Assembly: GCA_041497995.1 (NCBI GenBank)
Contig: JBGQHM010000002.1
Span: 1-60,569, forward strand
Length of the DNA: 60,569 nt
Direction: 5' to 3'
Origin: Candidatus Binatia bacterium
GTDB lineage: Bacteria > Desulfobacterota > Binatia > HRBIN30
A program made the translations under genes and the position numbers. The notes under the pieces were generated by a model. That model was not told the origin of the DNA, searched no databases, and was given only the letters and a program-made list of their open reading frames with translations. Numbering within the stretch: the stretch's first letter is position 1; each line of letters starts with the position of its first letter. This document shows, piece by piece, positions 1-8,598 of the stretch.

Positions 1-1
1 A

Positions 2-1177
2 GGGGACAAGATCCGCTCCTACCATCACGTCCGCTACCTCGCCGAACGACACGACGTCCATCTCCTCGCGTTCGCCGATGCGCCGGAGGACGAACGTGGA
101 GCGGACGCGTTGCGTGTCCACTGCCCCGAGGTCGTGGTGGTTCCACTCGACAAACGGCAAGCGCTGTGGCGCGGCCTCGGCGCGTTGGTGCGCGGCCGAT
201 CGCTTTCGGAGGGCTACTTCGCTGCACCGCAGATGCGGCAAGCGGTTGAGCGCGCGGTGGCGGCGGTTCGCTTCGATGTCGTGTGGGTGTTCTCGTCGCC
301 CATGATGCAGTATGTCGCGCCAACCGATGCGGTGTGGAAGGTGGCCGACTTCGTCGATGTCGACTCCGAAAAGTGGGACCAGTTCGCGGCGCGCGGCTAT
401 GGCCCGCTGCGCTGGGGGTATCGGATGGAGGCCGCACGTCTACGAGCTTTCGAGCGTCACAGCGGCAGCCGAGCGGATCGCGTATTGTTCGTGTCTGACG
501 CGGAGGCAGAGCTGTACCGGACGTTCTGCCTCCCGCACACTGACGTGCGGGTGATTCCCAACGGTGTTGATCTCACGTATTTTAGCCCGGTTCGTTCCAG
601 TGGGAGCGACTATCTGCTGTTCACTGGTGCCATGGACTATCGGCCGAACATCGAGGCGGTGATCGAGTGCACGCGGGAGATTCTGCCGCTGATCCGTAGA
701 GACGTTCCGGAGGCGCGGTTCGTCGCGGTCGGTCACCGTCCGGCGAAGCGCCTGTTCCGCGAGGTCGCACGGCAGGGCGGTGCGCTGCAGATCGCCGGCT
801 CAGTGCCCGATGTGCGGCCCTACTTCCGTGAGGCGCGCGTGTACGTCGCGCCGCTGCGTCTCGGGCGTGGGGTGCAGAACAAGGTTCTCGAGGCGATGGC
901 CATGGGCGTCCCTGTCGTCGCGAGCCCGTTGGCGGTGGAGGGGCTCGACCTGCAAGCGGGGCGGGACGTGCTAGTAGCGGAGACCAACGCGCAGTTCGCC
1001 GCGGCTGTCGTGGAGCTCTGGCACGACGCCGCTCGCCGCCGTAGCCTCGCCGATGCCGCCGCGCGGCTGGTGGAAGCGCGATACACTTGGACGGGCAACC
1101 TACGTCTGCTTGACGCCTGTCTCCCTGGCGCCGGCGGCGAGCTGGGCGAGAAGTACTTTGCGGCCTGTGCACTCTAA
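2..1177 (+). CDS. GT4 glycosyltransferase, PEP-CTERM/exosortase-A-associated (TIGR03087-like); 5'-truncated by window edge
   Basis: The frame is open from nt 2 (GDKIRSYHHVRYLAERHDVHLLAF). It contains DFVDVDSEKW, FTGAMDYRPN and GVQNKVLEAMAMG, motifs typical of this GT4 subfamily. Confidence 0.9.
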   Translation, partial: GDKIRSYHHVRYLAERHDVHLLAFADAPEDERGADALRVHCPEVVVVPLDKRQALWRGLGALVRGRSLSEGYFAAPQMRQAVERAVAAVRFDVVWVFSSPMMQYVAPTDAVWKVADFVDVDSEKWDQFAARGYGPLRWGYRMEAARLRAFERHSGSRADRVLFVSDAEAELYRTFCLPHTDVRVIPNGVDLTYFSPVRSSGSDYLLFTGAMDYRPNIEAVIECTREILPLIRRDVPEARFVAVGHRPAKRLFREVARQGGALQIAGSVPDVRPYFREARVYVAPLRLGRGVQNKVLEAMAMGVPVVASPLAVEGLDLQAGRDVLVAETNAQFAAAVVELWHDAARRRSLADAAARLVEARYTWTGNLRLLDACLPGAGGELGEKYFAACAL

Positions 1178-1218
1178 AGGGGGACGTACCATTTCGGCCT
1201 GCCGTCTTGGGTCTCGCC

Positions 1219-2817
1219 ATGACTGACTCGTTCCCATACGAGCAACGCGATCCGAACCGGCTTCGCGCGCCGCAAGAGAGTGGTGGCAGCCCGCTGCGAC
1301 GCCCCTGGGCTGCCAGTGTCGTGTCCGCCCAAGATGTCCGCCTCCCCAGCAACGTGGAGGGCCCGCTAGTGTCGTGGACTCTTGTTGGCGCGGTTGGGCT
1401 GCTCGTCATCGTGCGGTGCGTAGGGAGTCTTGTCTTTCCGATCTACGACGATGCCTACATCACGTTCCGGTACGCGAGAAACGTTGCGGCCGGACACGGC
1501 TTTGCGTTCAACCCCGGACCACCATTGCTGGGGACCACGTCGCCCCTGTTCGCTGTGATGGCGTCCTTTCTTCACCTCGTGCGTCTTCCGATCGAGGCGA
1601 GCATCGTAGGGCTGAACACCGTGTGTGACGTTCTCTCGCTCGTCATCACGTGGATTGGGGTCGGGTCGCGAAACACCCAGCTTGAAGGGATTCTCTTTGC
1701 CCTGTTCTTCGCCAGCAGTCCAATTGCGACACGGATCGCTGTGGGCGGCATGGAAGTGAACGTCTTTCTGCTCTTGTCGACGCTATCGATCCTTCTGTAC
1801 CACAAGGACCGGCGGACGCTGGCGATCGGAGTGACGGCGGTGTCGGTCTTCCTTCGGCCGGAGGGGGTAGCCCTGGTCGGACTGCTACTGCTGCTCGATT
1901 GGTCCGATCGTGGCCTCGCTTCCGGCACGCAGCTCGGTGTGGTGGCGGTGCTGATCATCGTGCCTGTGTTGGCGCTCGTCGGTTGGCACTTCGGTCACAT
2001 CGTGCCGCAGTCGGTGCTGGCAAAAGCACGGCACCTCAACTCTTCGCCGTTCCCCGTCGTTCGAGAATTTTTGTTCGCCGACCCGTCTACAGCCATCTTG
2101 TTGTTACCGGCGGTGTGGGGAGCGGCGACGGTCGCTAACATCAACCAGTTTAGCCGCACCGTAGGCGTATGGGGCGTGGTCTACCTGCTGGCATACTTGA
2201 TCATGCGTCCGCACGTGTGGTCCTGGTACGGCGAGCCGGTGCACTACGCGGAGTTCGTGCTGGCGGCAGTTGGGTGCGGGGATTTTATCCGCCGAGTGCC
2301 GACGCTGCGTGCGTGGCTCACGGAAGGGCGGCTCCTCCGGGGAGGGGGAGTGGCAATTGTCGCGGTCTGGATCGCCATCCTCTGGGTCCGCGGTGCCAGC
2401 GCGGTGACAACGTCCGTGTATCGCCCGCTCGAAGCGTGGTGCCGCGAGCACATTTCAGCGCAGGATACCATCGTTGCGAGCGACGTCGGAGCGATCGGCT
2501 ATTTCTCCGGGGCACGCATCTACGACGTCAGCGGACTGGTGTGGGCCAATGCCCTGACGTACAAGTCTGTTGCCGACGTCATCGAGGCCATTCGCCCCGA
2601 CTACCTCTTCTTGGCCGCAACTGTGGACCAGATGCGTCCCATGACCCACGCGAACGTGGCGCAGCTGTATCAGCCGGTGCGCACGTTCTCGACTACGGAG
2701 CAGTACGATCTCCTCCGCAGCGCCGGCTTTGCCGACGAGTGGCGGCCGGAATACGTGTTGTTCAAGCGGGTCGATGCAGCGGCGGCCAACAGCCAGCATC
2801 GGGGCACCGGGCCGTGA
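1219..2817 (+). CDS. Polytopic membrane glycosyltransferase, GT-C fold (polyprenyl-phosphate-sugar dependent), putative
   Basis: DDAYITFRYARN...FNPG...GTTSPL follows the first TM helix, then GME, RPEG, many hydrophobic segments and a C-terminal soluble domain (DVGAIGYFS). Start is uncertain (1207 or 1219). Confidence 0.7.
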   Translation: MTDSFPYEQRDPNRLRAPQESGGSPLRRPWAASVVSAQDVRLPSNVEGPLVSWTLVGAVGLLVIVRCVGSLVFPIYDDAYITFRYARNVAAGHGFAFNPGPPLLGTTSPLFAVMASFLHLVRLPIEASIVGLNTVCDVLSLVITWIGVGSRNTQLEGILFALFFASSPIATRIAVGGMEVNVFLLLSTLSILLYHKDRRTLAIGVTAVSVFLRPEGVALVGLLLLLDWSDRGLASGTQLGVVAVLIIVPVLALVGWHFGHIVPQSVLAKARHLNSSPFPVVREFLFADPSTAILLLPAVWGAATVANINQFSRTVGVWGVVYLLAYLIMRPHVWSWYGEPVHYAEFVLAAVGCGDFIRRVPTLRAWLTEGRLLRGGGVAIVAVWIAILWVRGASAVTTSVYRPLEAWCREHISAQDTIVASDVGAIGYFSGARIYDVSGLVWANALTYKSVADVIEAIRPDYLFLAATVDQMRPMTHANVAQLYQPVRTFSTTEQYDLLRSAGFADEWRPEYVLFKRVDAAAANSQHRGTGP

Positions 2818-2865
2818 AAGCTCCCATTCCCGCTGCACACACGTAGGAATCGTGCGCGAGCGACA

Positions 2866-4743
2866 ATGGACGGATTTGTTGGAGTGATGCGCAGCTCGGG
2901 GGCGCCGCTGCATCCGGAGGAGCTGCGCAGCGTGTTGCCTGCTGGAGTCGACGCCCGCGCCGGGATGCTCGAGGGGGCCACTGCGGCGCTTTTCCCGCTG
3001 GGTGGGCGGGCCTGCGACGCCGGCGGCTTACGGGTCACCGGCACAACGCACCTGGTTGACTGCGACGTGCTGCCTGCGCGCCGCGACGGCAGCGGACAAC
3101 TTGATCGCGTGGCGCAGCTCTACCAGCAGCATGGCGTCGGCGCGTTCGAGCGACTGCACGGGCAGTTCTGCCTCGCGCTGTTCGACGCCCACGCGCAGCG
3201 CCTCGTCTTGGCGACGGACCGCTTTGCCACGCGGCCGATCTACTACGCGGAACGTTCCGGCACTCTCCGGTTCGGTACGAGCCTCATTCGCGTTGCCGAA
3301 CATCCTAGCGAGATCGATCACCAAGCGATTCTGGAGTACCTCCTCTACACCACCATTCCGGCGCCACGGACGGTCTTCGCGAATGTGCGCAAGGTTCCGG
3401 CCGGGCATGTGCTGACGTTCGACCGGACCGGTTTGCGAGTCCGCCCGTTTTGGCAGATGGCGTACCCGGAGAGTCCCAACGGCGGCACCGAGAGTTGGGC
3501 TCGCCAGCTGCGCGGTGCGATCGAGGCTGCAGTGACCCGTCACGTTCAGGCCGAGGAGTCGCTCGATTGTGTCGGGGCTTTTCTGAGCGGTGGTACGGAC
3601 AGCAGTACGGTTGCGGGGATGCTCGGCCGCATCACCGGCACCGCCGCGAAGACCTTCTCCATTGGTTATCACGAAGAGGGATACGACGAGCTGCAGTACG
3701 CACGTACGGCCTCGCGCTGGTTCGGCACGGTCCAGCACGAATGGAAACTCGCTCCGACCGAAGCCCTGGCCGCGTTGCCGGCAATCGTCGGCTACTACGA
3801 GGAGCCGTTCGGCAACGCCTCGGCGCTGCCGACGTATCGCTGTGCGCAGCTGGCGCGGGAGCACGGCGTGAGTGTGCTCTTCGCGGGCGACGGTGGTGAC
3901 GAGCTGTTCGCCGGAAACACGCGATACGCCAGTGACAAGGTCTTCGCGCTGTACCATCGGGTCCCCGGCCTGCTCCGCGGGGCTTTGGACCCGATGCTGG
4001 CGTCGCTTCCCGATGGCCTGCCGGTGCTGAGTCGGGCACGGCGATACGTACGCCGCGCCAGCATTCCCAACCCGCGGCGGATACTGTCGTACAGCCCGTT
4101 GCTGTCTGAACCGCTGAGCGACATGGTGAGCCCTGAGTTCCTCGCTGCCGTCCAACCCGGTGCGCTGCTTGACCGGGCCGAAGCGCATTACCGTCAGCCG
4201 TCGAATGGGACGAGCGAGTTGAACCGTCTCATGTATCTCGACCTGCAACTAGCGATTGCCGACAACGATGTGCGCAAAGTGAGCGGTATGACCGAGTTGG
4301 CCGGCGTCGAGGTGCGCTACCCGCTTCTCGATACGCAGCTCGTGGAGTTCTCCGGACGCATTCCGTCGGCGCTCAAGCTGCGGGGATTTCAGAAGCGCTA
4401 CATCTTCAAGCGTGCGCTTGCGGACTTTCTCCCGCCGGAGGTGTTGAAGAAGCGCAAGCATGGGTTCGGGGCGCCGGTAGCGGTGTGGATGCAGAGCGAT
4501 ACGCGCTGGCGTGCTTTTGTCGGCGATCTCTTGCACGATCCCCGTGCGCGCCAGCGTGGTTATATCAAACCGGTCGTCTTGGACCGTTTCTGGAAGCAGC
4601 TGCAGGGTGAGAACGCATCGTTCTACGGCGACTCGCTGTGGCCCTGGCTGATGCTCGAGCTGTGGCATCGGCGACACGGCGGCGACGAGGCCGTCGGCAG
4701 CCACCGCCCGCCTCGTCGTTTCGAGAACGCCTCGGTTGCATGA
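2866..4743 (+). CDS. Asparagine synthetase-like ATP-dependent amide ligase lacking the N-terminal catalytic Cys
   Basis: FLSGGTDSS PP-loop, GDGGDELFAG, EVRYPLLD and KKRKHGF are present. The N-terminus is MDGFVG instead of MCGI. Confidence 0.85.
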   Translation: MDGFVGVMRSSGAPLHPEELRSVLPAGVDARAGMLEGATAALFPLGGRACDAGGLRVTGTTHLVDCDVLPARRDGSGQLDRVAQLYQQHGVGAFERLHGQFCLALFDAHAQRLVLATDRFATRPIYYAERSGTLRFGTSLIRVAEHPSEIDHQAILEYLLYTTIPAPRTVFANVRKVPAGHVLTFDRTGLRVRPFWQMAYPESPNGGTESWARQLRGAIEAAVTRHVQAEESLDCVGAFLSGGTDSSTVAGMLGRITGTAAKTFSIGYHEEGYDELQYARTASRWFGTVQHEWKLAPTEALAALPAIVGYYEEPFGNASALPTYRCAQLAREHGVSVLFAGDGGDELFAGNTRYASDKVFALYHRVPGLLRGALDPMLASLPDGLPVLSRARRYVRRASIPNPRRILSYSPLLSEPLSDMVSPEFLAAVQPGALLDRAEAHYRQPSNGTSELNRLMYLDLQLAIADNDVRKVSGMTELAGVEVRYPLLDTQLVEFSGRIPSALKLRGFQKRYIFKRALADFLPPEVLKKRKHGFGAPVAVWMQSDTRWRAFVGDLLHDPRARQRGYIKPVVLDRFWKQLQGENASFYGDSLWPWLMLELWHRRHGGDEAVGSHRPPRRFENASVA

Positions 4744-5864
4744 TGCGTATTGAAGCAATTGCCGACTTCGAGGCCTTCCTCGAGCTGGAAGCGGACTGGG
4801 GTGCGCTGTGCAAAGCCGCTCACGCGCCGTCCGTCTTTCTCAGCCATGCGTGGTTTCGTTGCTGTTGGGCTGGAAAGTCAGACGACGTTCGACCGCTGGT
4901 GCTCGTGGCGCGTGTTGGGAGCTCCATCGTCGGTGTTGCGCCGTTCTTCATTCACACATCCAACTGGCGGATCTTTCCTATCCGGACGGCCTTGCTCATG
5001 CAGAACCAAGATTCGCCGTTCGCGGGCTTCATTGCCGTTGCGGATCGCGCCGGCGCGGTGGCAGAGGGTTTCTTCGAGCACCTGACCCGAGTGGTGCGGT
5101 GCGACGTCGTGTCGCTGCGCAAGATCATGCACGATTCACCGACGCATCGGGTCTTGCTCGAGTCGCCATTGGCCGCGCCGCTGATTCGTGCCGCGGGCGG
5201 CGACTCTCCCGTTCTTGCGCTGCGGGGTGACTGGAGCGAGTTCTGGGCAGCGCAGTCGCAACGCTTCAAGAAAACCGTGCGTAACGTTGTGAACCGAATC
5301 GAGCGGCTCGGTCGTGTATCCGTGGAGGAGTTGTCGGCAAACGCATCTGCCGATGAATGCTTGCGGACGTACGCGAGTGTCGCCGCGCGCGGGTGGAAGG
5401 CGCAGCTCCCCATCAGCCTCGGGCGTAATCGCGCCATCGCGCACTTCTTCGACGTGCTGACCGCCGCGTTGCATGCAAACCAGCAGCTGCGGCTGTGGGT
5501 GTTGCGCATCGACGACCGACCGATCGCCGCCGAATACCACGTCCAGGACGACGACGTCGTCTACGCGTTGCGCAGCGATTTCGACGACCACTACCGCGAC
5601 GCGTCCCCCGGTGCGTACCTGAATGAGCAGATCGTGCGCACGTACTTCGAGCGACGGCTCAGGGCGTACGAGATGGGGCCCGGTGACAATGCTTACAAGC
5701 AGCGGTGGGCGACCGGAACGACGGCGCTCGATGACTTCTCGTTCTTCAGTCGCCGGCCGTATCCGATGACCGTGTACACTTTGGAGCAGCACGCCGTACC
5801 CCGGCTGCGTCAGGCGCGAAACTGGTGGCGGAACGACACCTCGGCGGCAGCCGCCGTGAGCTAG
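4740..5864 (+). CDS. GNAT family acyltransferase (CelD/BcsL, Acetyltransf_6-like)
   Basis: ATGA overlap with the upstream stop. Motifs FLSHAW, SQRFKKTVR, ASPGAYL and GDNAYKQRW. Confidence 0.8.
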   Translation: MMRIEAIADFEAFLELEADWGALCKAAHAPSVFLSHAWFRCCWAGKSDDVRPLVLVARVGSSIVGVAPFFIHTSNWRIFPIRTALLMQNQDSPFAGFIAVADRAGAVAEGFFEHLTRVVRCDVVSLRKIMHDSPTHRVLLESPLAAPLIRAAGGDSPVLALRGDWSEFWAAQSQRFKKTVRNVVNRIERLGRVSVEELSANASADECLRTYASVAARGWKAQLPISLGRNRAIAHFFDVLTAALHANQQLRLWVLRIDDRPIAAEYHVQDDDVVYALRSDFDDHYRDASPGAYLNEQIVRTYFERRLRAYEMGPGDNAYKQRWATGTTALDDFSFFSRRPYPMTVYTLEQHAVPRLRQARNWWRNDTSAAAAVS

Positions 5865-5875
5865 GCACCTACGTC

Positions 5876-7147
5876 ATGATTCCCCCGTTGATAGATATCG
5901 CGCTCCGCGAGATGCGCCGTGGCAACCGTACGTTGTTCCGACTGGTACTGCGCGACGCGCTTGGGCGCCGTGTGCCGAGGACGCGCGACCCAGGCGTCCA
6001 TCTGGATGCGGCGATGCAGTGGATCTGCCGCGCTCAGGACGTGACGTCCAGCGGCGGCGTCGCGCGCAGCTATTGCGTCTTTTGGCACCCGTACTTCCGC
6101 ACGTCGGGCTGGTTGCCTGCCTACCCGGAAACCACCGGCTACATCATCCCGACGATGTTCGACTACGCCGCGGCCAGCGGCAACGCCGACATTCGGCGGC
6201 GCGCCGTTGCGATGGCCGACTGGGAAATCAGCGTGCAGATGGCGTCGGGCGCCGTTCAGGGTGGGGTCATCGGGATGGAACCGACGCCGGCGGTGTTCAA
6301 CACCGGTCAGGTCATCTTCGGTTGGCTGCGAGCAGCGCGCGAGACCGGCGACGCGCGCTATCTGGCCGCCGCCGAACGTGCGGGTGTGTTCCTGGTCGAA
6401 CAGATGGACAGCGACGGTGTGTGGCGGCGCGGGCTATCGCAACACGCCAAGCCGGGGCCGCAAACGTACAACACGCGCACCGCGTGGGCGCTCGTAGAGT
6501 TATCGGAGGCGACGGGTGCCCCACAGTTCCGTGCCGCTGGTCTGCGCAACATCGACTCCGGTCTGACGCGGCAGCTGCCGAATGGCTGGTATACTGGGAA
6601 CTGTCTGGACAACGATGACGCCCCGCTCACACACACCATCGCGTATGCAACGCGTGGTATTGTCGAGTCGGGCGCCTTGGTCGGAGAAGAGCGCTACATA
6701 GCGGCCGCCCGTACGACTGCTGAAGCGCTGCTCAAGTGCCAGCGACCCGACGGCAGCCTGGCTGGCCGTTACGACCGGGAGTGGCGGCCAGCGGTGCGCT
6801 GGAGCTGCCTCACCGGAAACGCCCAGGTGGCGATCATCTGGTTGCGCCTCGCCGCCCTGTTGGACGAGCCTGCGTATCTGCGCGCCGCCGCGCGGAGCCT
6901 GGATTTCATTGCGTCCCTGCAGCTCCTGGAATCAAACGACAGTGGTATACGCGGTGGTGTCGCCGGCGCGTATCCAATCTACGGAGACTACGGTCGCTTC
7001 GAATATCTAAACTGGGCCGCAAAATTTTTTGCCGAGGCGCTCCTGCTCAAGCAGGGGTGCGCCAAGCGCATGGCCACCGCCGGTGCGACTGGCCGTGCGT
7101 CGACACACGCCGCCTCTCGCGAGTCGGCACTGGAGGCGCTGACGTGA
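5876..7147 (+). CDS. Alpha/alpha-toroid protein with prenyltransferase/squalene-cyclase-like repeats; function unknown
   Basis: Repeated Q-x-x-(D/S/N)-G motifs (QMASGA, QMDSDGVW, QLPNGWY, QRPDGSL), plus YPETTGYIIPT, VFNTGQ and NWAAKFF. Confidence 0.65.
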   Translation: MIPPLIDIALREMRRGNRTLFRLVLRDALGRRVPRTRDPGVHLDAAMQWICRAQDVTSSGGVARSYCVFWHPYFRTSGWLPAYPETTGYIIPTMFDYAAASGNADIRRRAVAMADWEISVQMASGAVQGGVIGMEPTPAVFNTGQVIFGWLRAARETGDARYLAAAERAGVFLVEQMDSDGVWRRGLSQHAKPGPQTYNTRTAWALVELSEATGAPQFRAAGLRNIDSGLTRQLPNGWYTGNCLDNDDAPLTHTIAYATRGIVESGALVGEERYIAAARTTAEALLKCQRPDGSLAGRYDREWRPAVRWSCLTGNAQVAIIWLRLAALLDEPAYLRAAARSLDFIASLQLLESNDSGIRGGVAGAYPIYGDYGRFEYLNWAAKFFAEALLLKQGCAKRMATAGATGRASTHAASRESALEALT

Positions 7148-8598
7148 GTGCGGCCCGCGCGCGCAAGGGCGTCGTCGCTTCCTCCGCCGGCTACTTCATT
7201 GCGCAGATGCTCGTCATGCTGGGCGGGTTTGTCTCGATGCCGATCCTGACCCGCCTGCTCAGCAAAGAGGAGTACGGCGTCCTGAATCTGGTATTCGCCT
7301 CCATAGCGATCCTGCTCATCATCGGACAGTTGGGGTTCCCGCAGGCCACCGTCCGTTTCTACACGGAGGAGCGACGGGCGCGGCGGCTGCGCAACTTCTG
7401 CAGCAATATGCTCGGCGGTGCCTTCGCCAGCGGCGCGTTGGTAGCGATCATCGCAGCGGTTGTCGTTAGATCGAGAACCGGCGAGGTGGAGTATCTGCGT
7501 TGTATGCGACTGGCGGGCCTGGTGGTGGTCATACGGGCCACGTCGAGCGTCGTCCTGCAGCTCTTCCGGTCAGAGGAACGGGTCTTCGCGTACTCGGCTA
7601 CACAGGTCATCGGGCGCTACGCCACTCTGGGGTTGATCGGTGCCTTTCTGCTGCTGCACGAGGGTAGGGCGCGCGAGGTGATCCTCGCCACCGTTATCGG
7701 CGAAGGGGTGGTGCTCGCGGTGTGCGTGGCTGAGCTCGCGGCCCGCGGGAACATCGGCTGGCCGAAGATATCGTGGCCGACGATTGCGGCCGCCACAACG
7801 TATGGCGTGCCGTTGGCCATTGGCGGCTCCGCCAGCTTCATTCTCGACTACGGCGACCGATTCCTGATTCAGCGCTTCCTCGGGTTTGATGCGGTTGCCA
7901 GCTATGCGGTGCCGTACGATCTGACGCAAAACCTCGCTGCCGCCGTCTTCGCGCCGATCCGGTTGGCGGCCATTCCGATGATTTTCCGCATGTGGACGAG
8001 CGATGGACCGGAGGAAACATCGCGCTTCGTGTCGCAGTTGCTGACGTACATGGTTGCCCTTTCTATCCCCCTTGCCGTGCTGTTCGCGCTCATGAACCAC
8101 GACATCATCCTGCTCTTGGCCTCTGCAAAGTACAGCGGGTCGGCTGCGCTCACCCCGTACATCCTTCCGGGCATCTTCATCGGCGAGATGAACTTCCTGA
8201 TTGGCGCGGGGTTGACGATCCCGAAGAACACCACCGTCCTAGCGCTCATCATTTTATCCGGGGGCCTCCTGAACGTGCTGCTCAACCTGCTGTTCATCCC
8301 CCTGCTTGGCTTGGTTGGAGCGGCCGTCGCGACGACTGTGTCCTACACGGCGGTGATGGCGGCCACCTTCTGGAAGGCGCAGCCCGTGCTGCGGTTGCGG
8401 CTGCGGTTCGCAGTGATCGGCAAGGCGATTGTGGCGACCGCAGTCATGGTGACTCTCGTGCGCGGCCTGGGACCGTTTTCCGCTGAACGTGCCGTCGATG
8501 TCGCTGCGCGCGGCATTCTCGGTGCCGGCGTCGCGGCCGCGTGCATGGTGATCTTGGATCGGAACATTCGGGAACGTGCGTGGGTGCGCGTCGGTTGA
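7144..8598 (+). CDS. wzx: Wzx-type oligosaccharide flippase (MOP superfamily)
   Basis: GTGA overlap with the upstream stop. PILTRLLSKEEYG, DRFLI and NVLLNLLFIPLLGLVGAAVAT, with about 12-14 hydrophobic segments. Confidence 0.88.
   Translation: MSAARARKGVVASSAGYFIAQMLVMLGGFVSMPILTRLLSKEEYGVLNLVFASIAILLIIGQLGFPQATVRFYTEERRARRLRNFCSNMLGGAFASGALVAIIAAVVVRSRTGEVEYLRCMRLAGLVVVIRATSSVVLQLFRSEERVFAYSATQVIGRYATLGLIGAFLLLHEGRAREVILATVIGEGVVLAVCVAELAARGNIGWPKISWPTIAAATTYGVPLAIGGSASFILDYGDRFLIQRFLGFDAVASYAVPYDLTQNLAAAVFAPIRLAAIPMIFRMWTSDGPEETSRFVSQLLTYMVALSIPLAVLFALMNHDIILLLASAKYSGSAALTPYILPGIFIGEMNFLIGAGLTIPKNTTVLALIILSGGLLNVLLNLLFIPLLGLVGAAVATTVSYTAVMAATFWKAQPVLRLRLRFAVIGKAIVATAVMVTLVRGLGPFSAERAVDVAARGILGAGVAAACMVILDRNIRERAWVRVG

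Noticed and set aside
2866-4743. Lasso peptide or other RiPP cluster (Cys-less AsnB, SPASM radical SAM)
   Set aside because: I found no precursor peptide, RRE/PqqD domain or B2 protease. The context is entirely glycan-related.
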